NCBI GenBank assembly: GCA_040222015.1
Contig: JAVJWO010000077.1
Coordinates: 1 to 60,244 of the forward strand
Length of the DNA: 60,244 nucleotides
Direction: 5' to 3'
From: Coleofasciculus chthonoplastes F2-STO-03
Lineage (GTDB): Bacteria > Cyanobacteriota > Cyanobacteriia > Cyanobacteriales > Coleofasciculaceae
Positions 1 to 7,531 of this stretch are shown piece by piece. A program made the position numbers and the translations under genes. The notes beneath the pieces were generated by a model. The model saw only the letters and a list, made by a program, of their open reading frames with translations. It did no database searches and was not told the origin of the DNA. Each line of letters starts with the position of its first letter. Within the stretch, counting starts at the first letter, position 1.

Positions 1-6
1 GGTCTC

Positions 7-36
7 GTAGGATGCGTTAGCGCCAGCGTAACGCAT
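7..36 (+). repeat. GTAG-type REP hairpin upstream of RAYT
   Basis: GTAG followed by imperfect palindrome GATGCGTTAGCGCCAGCGTAACGCAT; an inverted copy lies at 397-428. Confidence 0.8.
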
Positions 37-102
37 GATTATTCTACATTATCCCACGCTCAAAATCGATGATCTATGCCTGAATTCAATCGGTATCTTT
101 CC

Positions 103-498
103 ATGACCGACTACCGGAGAAATAGGATTGAAGGCGGGACCTACTTTTTCACTCAGGTTACGCACCACAGACAACCTTGGCTGTGTCAGGATATTAGCCG
201 TTTCTTACTTCGAGCCGCATTCCTCAAGGTGCGTCAAAAATACCCATTTCAGATTGATGCGATTGTTTTGTTACCTGAGCATATTCATTGCATCTGGACT
301 TTACCAGCCAACGATAGTAACTATGCCACTCGTTGGCAGTTGATTAAAAGCTATGTCACCAAGCATGGGACTTCTCAGTTACGCTATCGCTCTTGTGATG
401 CGTTACGAAGAGAGCTAACGCATCCTACTGGCATGACCCACCTTAATTGTAACTTTATAAAAATGCTACAATCCTTGCATTACAAGGCTTTGCGCTAA
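103..498 (+). pseudogene. Truncated REP-associated tyrosine transposase (RAYT, IS200/Y1 HUH family)
   Basis: MTDYRR..GGTYFFTQVT and AIVLLPEHIHCIWTLP (HUH motif) typical of RAYT. Similarity ends near VTKHG, the C-terminal catalytic Tyr region is absent and the frame runs into REP/MITE DNA. Confidence 0.8.
397..428 (-). repeat. GTAG-type REP hairpin, inverted partner of 7-36
   Basis: Reverse complement reads GTAGGATGCGTTAGCTCTCTTCGTAACGCATC. Confidence 0.8.
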
Positions 499-664
499 TT
501 TCCTATTGCACCATTTTAGCTGGGTCATGCCACTACTGGCGTGACCGGGTTAAAATAGGACGTTGTTTGTAGTGAGAACTTTAGTTCTCTAACCCCTAGC
601 TGGAGAGGGCTAAAGCCCTCACTACGAACCAAATCTATTCCACAATTTTAGCTGGGTCACGCCA
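429..664. mobile_element. Two tandem MITE-like elements (429-532, 537-664)
   Basis: Terminal inverted repeats TGGC(A/G)TGACC...GGTCA(T/C)GCCA; CTAC at 425-428, 533-536 and 665-668; the second element contains a GTAG...CTAC REP doublet. Confidence 0.65.
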
Positions 665-917
665 CTACTCGTGAAAAGTTGACGAGCAACCCCAAAGCCG
701 CGATCGCGAAAATTTAGTTAAGAACTATAACGACTTTTTAGTGAATCAGATTAATTCTGATGACCTAGGACTTTATCGGGTTATTTAAAATCTAGATGTT
801 TCGGATTTTATTGCCCATCAAAAATTATTTAAGTTTGATATTTATGTATTCCCTAAAGATATTTACACAAGAGAAGAGGCGTAGTAGGCTCAAGATTAAC
901 GTTTCGCCATAAGCGCA

Positions 918-2204
918 ATGGTAAACAAGCATCTGCCCCCAGAACTACTGCGTCAGCCTGACCTCCTAGACGTGAAGCGGTCAACACCTTCAGTTCCTGT
1001 ATCAAAAACCATTCATTCCCAGTTATTTTGTCAGAATAGAAAACAACAAAATCACCCCCTAATTGAAATTGGTGATGGATTGTGGGACTGGAATTTGCAA
1101 ACCAACACCATTTACTTTTCCCCTGCTTGGAAAACCATGCTGGGCTACCAACAATCTGAAATCGGCGACAGTCCGATCGAGTGGTTACACCGCATACATC
1201 CTGATGACATTGAAAAAGTAAGGGCAGAACTCACAGCGCATTTAGCCGAACGTACCCCTCAGTTCCAGAACGAACACCGGATTTTGCACAGAGATGGAAG
1301 CTATCGTTGGATTCGCTCTCAGGGGCGTGTGGTTCGAGACTCTCAGGGCAAACTCTACCAAATGGTAGGATTCCAGACTGACATCACCGCCTACAAAGAA
1401 GCCATAACCGCTTTACGCCACAGTGAAGCACAGTTTCGCACTGTTGCCGAAGCTCTTCCCTTGCCCGTCATCATTGCCAGTGCGCCACAGGGACTTATCC
1501 TTTACGTGAACCAAAGCTATGCCAAAACACCGTCCAATTCCCTGTTAGCATTGTCTGCTGACGAATTGATTGGTCGTAACGCTGCCGATTTCCTCTACAA
1601 TCTAGCCGACAAACAAGTCTTACAGAATCTTTTCGCCCAAAATGGCTACGTCCATCACTATGAACTGCTAGTCAAACGAGCAGACGGGAGATCCATTTGG
1701 ATAGACTTGTCCATCCAACCCCTATCAGATAAAGACCAAAATCTTTTTCTTGCCTGCTTCTTTGACATCACCAAGCGCAAGCAGATAGAGGCAGAACTCA
1801 ATCAGGCGCTGAATCTGTCAAATTTAGCCCAGGAGTTCACGACTGAGGCTCAACAAAACCAAGACTTACCCACTAAATCCCGACCTTCTCTGACTAAAGT
1901 CTTCAGTTTCATCGAAGCCAACCATCGAAATCCGATTAGTTTGCGAGACGTGGCTCAGGCGGTTGGTTACTCCGGTGCCTATTTGACCAATTTAGTACAG
2001 CAAGAAACAGGACGAACTGTTCTGCAGTGGATTACCGAATACCGAATGGCAGAGGCACGCCTGTTGCTACTTAAAACCAAAAAATCAGTCAATCAGATTG
2101 CTATAGAAGTGGGTTATCAGAGTACAGAGCATTTCATCCGTCAATTTAAAAAACTTCACAACACAACTCCCAACGCCTGGAGAAATGAGCATAAAATTAA
2201 GTAG
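918..2204 (+). CDS. PAS-PAS-AraC family transcriptional regulator
   Basis: PAS motifs (DGLWDWNL, RIHPDD, DGSYRW, DITKRK) and C-terminal AraC double HTH (ISLRDVAQAVGYS..IAIEVGYQSTEHFIRQFKK..TP). Confidence 0.9.
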   Translation: MVNKHLPPELLRQPDLLDVKRSTPSVPVSKTIHSQLFCQNRKQQNHPLIEIGDGLWDWNLQTNTIYFSPAWKTMLGYQQSEIGDSPIEWLHRIHPDDIEKVRAELTAHLAERTPQFQNEHRILHRDGSYRWIRSQGRVVRDSQGKLYQMVGFQTDITAYKEAITALRHSEAQFRTVAEALPLPVIIASAPQGLILYVNQSYAKTPSNSLLALSADELIGRNAADFLYNLADKQVLQNLFAQNGYVHHYELLVKRADGRSIWIDLSIQPLSDKDQNLFLACFFDITKRKQIEAELNQALNLSNLAQEFTTEAQQNQDLPTKSRPSLTKVFSFIEANHRNPISLRDVAQAVGYSGAYLTNLVQQETGRTVLQWITEYRMAEARLLLLKTKKSVNQIAIEVGYQSTEHFIRQFKKLHNTTPNAWRNEHKIK

Positions 2205-2236
2205 GCGTGGATAATGATATAAGCGATGGTATAACT

Positions 2237-2560
2237 ATGATAGAGAATGAGTTTGACAATCTCAAAGACTTGGAAGCCCAATTAATTGAAAGGGCGTGGC
2301 AGGATGAGGCGTTTCGACAAGCGCTGCTGTCCAATCCCAAGGCAGTTATTGAGGCAGAATTCGGGAAAAAACTTCCTGAGGAGCTACAAATTACCGTACT
2401 TGAAGAAACCCCTAATCTAATTTATATAGTGTTACCCATTAATCCCGATGAATTGACCGAGCCAGAGTTATCGGCTGAGGAGCTAGACTTAGTCGCTGGA
2501 GGGAGTATGTTCACCGTTATGGGACCGAATCGTTTGAGTTTGTGCATCATTTGTCGTTGA
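2237..2560 (+). CDS. NHLP (nitrile hydratase-like leader peptide) RiPP precursor
   Basis: RAWQDEAFRQALLSNPKA...VLEETPN.IYIVLP leader, ELSAEELDLVAGG double-glycine site, 18-aa core; alternative GTG start at 2207. Confidence 0.9.
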   Translation: MIENEFDNLKDLEAQLIERAWQDEAFRQALLSNPKAVIEAEFGKKLPEELQITVLEETPNLIYIVLPINPDELTEPELSAEELDLVAGGSMFTVMGPNRLSLCIICR

Positions 2561-2574
2561 GCCAAGAAACCGAT

Positions 2575-2796
2575 ATGACAGAACCAACACCCAAAAATCG
2601 CCAAGACTTAGCCGCCGAACTGATTGCCCAAGCTTGGGAAAATGAGTCTTTCCGGCAAGAGCTACTCAGCCACCCCAAAGACGCGATCGCGAAACTACTA
2701 GGAATTAATCTAGCAGAAAACTTAGACATCAGAGTAGTGCAAGAAACGCCCAACAACCTGTACCTCGTTTTGCCAGTGAAGCCTGATAATACTTAA
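2575..2796 (+). CDS. NHLP-leader-like protein lacking GG site and core
   Basis: QAWENESFRQELLSHPKDAI...VVQETPNNLYLVLP is paralogous to the upstream precursor but stops at PVKPDNT*; ATG 2575 preferred over the overlapping 2542 start. Confidence 0.8.
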   Translation: MTEPTPKNRQDLAAELIAQAWENESFRQELLSHPKDAIAKLLGINLAENLDIRVVQETPNNLYLVLPVKPDNT

Positions 2797-2803
2797 TCTT
2801 TAT

Positions 2804-2892
2804 AGGACTTACGCAAAGGATCTATATGTAGGGTGTGTTAGCGCAGCGTAACGCACCTTAATTAATATATATGGTGTGGCTGCGTAAGTCCT
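2804..2892 (+). mobile_element. 89-bp MITE-like element carrying an internal REP
   Basis: Ends AGGACTTACGC...GCGTAAGTCCT, internal GTAGGGTGTGTTAGCGCAGCGTAACGCACC; related copies near 7458, 12956, 19973 and 39335. Confidence 0.75.
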
Positions 2893-2920
2893 GTTTTAAA
2901 GGGGGGGAGGAAGTAGAGTT

Positions 2921-3042
2921 GTAGGTTGGGTAGAGCGTAAGCGTTACCCAACACCATCATTAAATCGTTGGGTTACTCTACCCTTCGGGTTCTCCTCCGA
3001 AGTACGAGAAGGCTTCGCCTACGTTCCAAGGGTCCAACCTAC
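2921..3042. repeat. REP doublet (REPIN-like)
   Basis: GTAGGTTGGGTAGAGCG..TTACCCAAC with inverted partner GTTGGGTTACTCTAC...CCAACCTAC. Confidence 0.65.
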
Positions 3043-3091
3043 CAGGGTAACAGGCTCCCGTTAAATTCTCAAAGGCAAGGAAGTAGTTTTG

Positions 3092-4219
3092 ATGGAAAGA
3101 CAGGAATTGAGAACGAGAATACTCAAAGCTTATGGTGCCAATGACTCGGACACTGAAGAATTACTTGCGTATAACGAAAATGTTTTTAATACAGCAAATT
3201 TAGAACCATCTATAAGCTTTCCCATTGCACCTGAACCTCATGTTGCTACCTGGGAAAATTATCGAGCAGAAGCGACGGAAATAGGAACGTTTGAAACGCT
3301 GAAAAAAAGACTGATACAATTGCAGTTTCCTATCCAAGAAGGAATTAGCCAAACCGAGACATATCGAGCAGCTACTCGTCGAGGTGTTCCTGTTGATAGT
3401 ATGGCTGAAGCGACAGGATTAGTCTTAACCCAACCGGAACGATTACAATTAATCATACATCAAAGTATAGCTGGAACTATACCAGTTCTGATTGCCGGAA
3501 ATCGGGAAGATTTCGTGCTTTTGCTGCAAGCACTGACAACAAAAAATGAACCGAAACCCGTTCCTGCTTCTATGGGAGCTTGTATGGTGGCTGGGTTTAA
3601 TAACTGGGACAGAATTCGCCAATATCGGCAAAAATGGGAAGCCAACCATCCTGATAACACCGACGAAGCTAGTTGGATGGCTGAGTTTAAACGGCTGATT
3701 CCCAAAAAAGAATTGTATCAGGATCGGTTTATGATTTTAAGCCAAGGACCATACAGCGATGTATCCGCTCAGGATATAGGAGTTTCCGAAGCTGAGTGGC
3801 TAAGACTCTCCCTCGTCATTCGGCTGGAACATGAATGCACCCACTACTTCACGCGCCGCCTGTTTAACTCGATGCGAAACAACCCGCTCGACGAATTAAT
3901 TGCCGATTATAGAGGAATTGTCGCCGCTATCGGTTACTATCGGGCTGATTGGTTTTTGCGCTTTATGGGGTTGGAGTCATTTCCCAACTACCGACAGGGA
4001 GGTAGGCTGCAAAACTATCGAGGTAGCCTCTCACCGGGAAGCTTCAAAATTTTGCAATCCTTAGTCGTTTCCGCCGCTAGAAACCTGGAAGCTTTCGAGC
4101 GTCAGCTTCTCAAACCTATCAATCCCGCCGCGATGCTAACTACTCTGTGTTGCCTAACCTTGGAAGAATTGGCTTCTGATGCCGTAGATACCTATCTTTC
4201 TGAGGGGTTAAATTTATAA
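3092..4219 (+). CDS. Uncharacterised HExxH zincin-like metallo-protein in NHLP cluster
   Basis: 375-aa ORF with RLEHECTHYF followed 16 residues later by ELIADY (HExxH...ExxAD); no obvious signal peptide or TM helix. Confidence 0.75.
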   Translation: MERQELRTRILKAYGANDSDTEELLAYNENVFNTANLEPSISFPIAPEPHVATWENYRAEATEIGTFETLKKRLIQLQFPIQEGISQTETYRAATRRGVPVDSMAEATGLVLTQPERLQLIIHQSIAGTIPVLIAGNREDFVLLLQALTTKNEPKPVPASMGACMVAGFNNWDRIRQYRQKWEANHPDNTDEASWMAEFKRLIPKKELYQDRFMILSQGPYSDVSAQDIGVSEAEWLRLSLVIRLEHECTHYFTRRLFNSMRNNPLDELIADYRGIVAAIGYYRADWFLRFMGLESFPNYRQGGRLQNYRGSLSPGSFKILQSLVVSAARNLEAFERQLLKPINPAAMLTTLCCLTLEELASDAVDTYLSEGLNL

Positions 4220-4229
4220 AAAACGAAAG

Positions 4230-4288
4230 ATACGTCAATTACAATCGGTAAATACGTCAATTATATAATGCCTAACCTGTTTTATGAT
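4230..4288 (+). promoter_or_regulatory. Direct-repeat activator site plus putative -10 upstream of export operon
   Basis: ATACGTCAATTA at 4230-4241 and 4252-4263 (22-bp period); TATGAT at 4283-4288. Confidence 0.5.
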
Positions 4289-4563
4289 TAAAGACACTTT
4301 AAGGCTTAATTCCTATGTAGCTGGATTTATTGCACTTAAATTCTTCTAAGACATTATGCTCACCTATCAAATTTAATTTGGGAAACAAAAATCAAAAACA
4401 TTGGTTTTCTGAATCCTTTTGATGTACTCTTTTGATGGCACAGTTCACTCAGCACTTGGCAATCCCCTTCTGTCGAGAGAATGTACCAGAGGTAGCCGGT
4501 TCGTCTGGAACTTCCCCCATAACGCGCTATCTGTCCATCTTTAGCAAAATACAGGAAATTTAG

Positions 4564-5667
4564 ATGATGGCACAATTATTACTGAGTGAACTGAGTAGTA
4601 GCGACATCGATTGGATGATTGCGACAGGTAAGCAACAAGAAGTTACACCCGGTAGTATAATTATTGAACCCGGTAAAACAATTGATAAATTGTACATCCT
4701 ACTGGATGGCAGTTTAACAATGACGGTCTCCCAATCTCCAGGAGAAGGCAACCTCCTTGCCGGCGCTTTTGCTCTCTTAGAAGGGAACGAGGTTTCAGGA
4801 CGAGAGGTTGCCAAATTATCGAGTGGCGAAATAGCTGGAGAGGAATTCTTACTGGAAACTCGCCCACCCATTACGACAATTCGGGCGATTGAAAAATCTC
4901 TATTGTTGTCAATTTCTCACCAGCAACTATCGACAAAACTTACAGAAGATATAGAGTTTGCTGCCCATTTTTATCGCATTGTGGCGATTATGCTTTCAGA
5001 CAGACTCCAGGACATCTCTAATCAGTTAGGTCATGGCAAGATTAGTCAGAGTCAGTCACTGAAGGAAGTTTTATTTGTGTTTGGGGAATTTAGCGATAGC
5101 GACCTAGATTGGATCATTGCCATGGGTCGCACCGAAGAAATTCCGGCTGGCAGGACACTCATCCAAGAAGGGAAACCTGTAGATGCGCTGTATATTATCT
5201 TAAACGGAAAAATGAAGGTTTCGGTGGCTGAAGGAGACAGTAATCCTCTCACCCTTGCCTTTGCCACTTTGGGGTTAAGGGAAACAACGCAAAGAGAGGT
5301 AGCCAGAGTATCGAAGGGGGAAATTGTCGGAGAAACAGCCGTTGTCGGGTCAGGAACAGCTCCCAATACGATCCAAGCCCTAGATAATTCCTTAGTGTTG
5401 TCAATTCCCCGACAGCAATTGAAGGTCAAACTCGAGCAGGATGTCAGGTTTGCGGCGCGATTTTATCGAGCGATCGCAGCCCTATTATCCGATAGATTGC
5501 GATCGCTGATTACTCGCATCGGTTATGGCAGACGCACCTACAGCACCGGTCAATTGCTTGATGAAGATATTGAATATGAAGATGAATTAGACATCAGTGT
5601 CATGGATCAGATGTCACTGGCGGGAAGCCGATTTAAATGGATGCTGAGTCGCATTAGAACGAGTTAA
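4564..5667 (+). CDS. Tandem cyclic nucleotide-binding domain protein (bacteriocin transport-associated type)
   Basis: Two internally repeated cNMP-binding domains (LSSSDIDWM..LYILLDG..GEIAGE; FSDSDLDWI..LYIILNG..GEIVGE), directly upstream of NHLP export genes. Confidence 0.85.
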   Translation: MMAQLLLSELSSSDIDWMIATGKQQEVTPGSIIIEPGKTIDKLYILLDGSLTMTVSQSPGEGNLLAGAFALLEGNEVSGREVAKLSSGEIAGEEFLLETRPPITTIRAIEKSLLLSISHQQLSTKLTEDIEFAAHFYRIVAIMLSDRLQDISNQLGHGKISQSQSLKEVLFVFGEFSDSDLDWIIAMGRTEEIPAGRTLIQEGKPVDALYIILNGKMKVSVAEGDSNPLTLAFATLGLRETTQREVARVSKGEIVGETAVVGSGTAPNTIQALDNSLVLSIPRQQLKVKLEQDVRFAARFYRAIAALLSDRLRSLITRIGYGRRTYSTGQLLDEDIEYEDELDISVMDQMSLAGSRFKWMLSRIRTS

Positions 5668-5751
5668 ATACTCATGGAAAGTTTCCCTTTTCTGTTACCA
5701 ATAATGAACGATTGATGCCAGTTCAATGAACACACAAATAGGCTTGAGTCA

Positions 5752-7449
5752 ATGGTAGATCAAAAAACTTTATTTAGGCAAGAATCATTAGAACGTTTAT
5801 CGTCCCCGGAACGTCTAGACCAACTCATGAAAGTTGTCAGTCCCAAAGACTGGCTGCCTTTAGCAACACTGGGTTCTTTGGTCGGTATAGCCTTCATTTG
5901 GAGTATTGTGGGACGAATTCCGATCACAGCTAGCGGTCAGGGAGTACTCATCTATCCTCGCCAAGTTGTGGATGTGCAGTCCACTAGCTCTGGACAGATT
6001 AAAGAATTGAAAGTGAAAGTGGGAGATCGGGTCAATGCCGACGATGTAATTGCCACAGTTGAGCTACCTGAAATTCAAAAACAGTTGCAGCAACAAAAAG
6101 AAAAACTCAAAGAGTTACAACAGCAGAATCGGGGAGTTAACCAGCTTCAAAGTGAACGAACCCAACTGGAACTCAGAACCATTGAGCAGCAGCGCCAAAG
6201 CATCCAAGAACGCATTCGCAACATTGAGGCGCTAACTCCGATTCTCCAACAGAGAATTACCTCATCGATCCAGCAGCAACGCCAGAGTATCCTGGAACGC
6301 ATCAATAACACTGAAGCGCTGACTCCTATCCTGCGGGATCAAGGTCGAGAAGCACTCAAAGCTGAACGGGAAGCGATTGAAAGTCAATTGGAAAATGCGG
6401 AAAAATCCCGTATTGCGCTGAATAGACGGTGGGAGGTTCGTGAAGGTTTATTTAACAGACTAGCCACGGATACCAAGGGAGATCCGATCTTAGATAAAGA
6501 TGGAAATCCGATCAAGGGTTCAATCATTACAGAGGATGTGGTTCTGCAAGCGGAACAAGATTACCTGAACAACGAAGCCAACATCGGTAACTTAAAAGCT
6601 CGATTGAGAGAACTGGAAGCCAGACAAACTCAAGCGGAAAAGAACTTTCGAGATAACCTGAATAGTATCTCTGAACTTCAAGCCCAGCTAAAAGAACTTG
6701 ACGGGCGGGAGGCTGAGGCACAAAAGAACTACCGAGACAACCTGAATGTCCTATCAGAACTCAGAGCCCAGCTACGAGATTTGGACAGCAAAATACCCAA
6801 CCTGAAACAGCAGAACCTGGAATCTTTAACGTCCAGGCAAAATCAAATTCAGGAAGTGAAGCGGGAAATCGCTAAGCTAGAACTGCAATTACAAAAAAAC
6901 AGCGAGATTAGAAGTCCCCACACCGGACGTGTCTTAGAACTCACCGCTACAAATGGACAGGTTCTCAGTCCAGGTTCTCGTCTGGGGTCTATAGAAGCAC
7001 AGAGGGAATCTGAAGAGTTAGTGGCTGTCACCTTCTTTGCTGTTCAGGATGGTAAGAAAATCGAACAGAGAATGAAAGATCTTAAAGCCTTGGGTAAAGC
7101 GGTTGAAGTTCAAGTTACACCGACTACAGTCAAGCGAGAACGTTTTGGCGGCATTAAGGGGACTGTAACCGATGTATCAGCGTTCCCGATTACCAAAGAG
7201 GGTGTAGCTCTGAGTGTGGGAAATGCACAAGTGGTGGAGAGTCTGGTGACCCAAGTCCCACAGCTAAAAGTGGTTGCCCAACTCAAGCCGGATTCCTCAA
7301 CGTTTAGCGGCTACGCCTGGTCTTCTTCCAAAGGTCCGCCAATGAAAATGACGTCTGGAATCACAACCACCGTTAGAGCCACAGTAGAAGAAGTCCCTCC
7401 GATCACGTTTGTCTTGCCGTTCTTGAGGTCGTTTTTTGGGTTGAGCTAA
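5752..7449 (+). CDS. NHLP bacteriocin system secretion protein (HlyD family)
   Basis: N-terminal LFRQESLERLSSPERLDQLM signature, one TM helix, long coiled coil, C-terminal GYAWSSSKGPP..PITFVLP. Confidence 0.9.
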   Translation: MVDQKTLFRQESLERLSSPERLDQLMKVVSPKDWLPLATLGSLVGIAFIWSIVGRIPITASGQGVLIYPRQVVDVQSTSSGQIKELKVKVGDRVNADDVIATVELPEIQKQLQQQKEKLKELQQQNRGVNQLQSERTQLELRTIEQQRQSIQERIRNIEALTPILQQRITSSIQQQRQSILERINNTEALTPILRDQGREALKAEREAIESQLENAEKSRIALNRRWEVREGLFNRLATDTKGDPILDKDGNPIKGSIITEDVVLQAEQDYLNNEANIGNLKARLRELEARQTQAEKNFRDNLNSISELQAQLKELDGREAEAQKNYRDNLNVLSELRAQLRDLDSKIPNLKQQNLESLTSRQNQIQEVKREIAKLELQLQKNSEIRSPHTGRVLELTATNGQVLSPGSRLGSIEAQRESEELVAVTFFAVQDGKKIEQRMKDLKALGKAVEVQVTPTTVKRERFGGIKGTVTDVSAFPITKEGVALSVGNAQVVESLVTQVPQLKVVAQLKPDSSTFSGYAWSSSKGPPMKMTSGITTTVRATVEEVPPITFVLPFLRSFFGLS

Positions 7450-7457
7450 TCCATTTA

Positions 7458-7510
7458 GTCCTTACGCAAAGCCTCTATGTGTAGGGTGTGTTAGCGCAGC
7501 GTAACGCACC
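7458..7510 (+). repeat. Partial copy of REP-containing MITE
   Basis: CTTACGCAAAGCCTCTATGTGTAGGGTGTGTTAGCGCAGCGTAACGCACC matches 2804-2892. Confidence 0.7.
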
Positions 7511-7531
7511 GCAAGCAGTAACCAATGACCA

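Noticed and set aside
103..498. RAYT as the transposase for the IscB element
   Set aside because: It is truncated, belongs to the REP-associated clade and is flanked by REPs rather than IscB-type ends.
4360..4575. Small ORFs between the HExxH gene and the cNMP gene as extra precursors
   Set aside because: No leader or GG motif; the listed ORF is antisense and the region looks like promoter/5' UTR.
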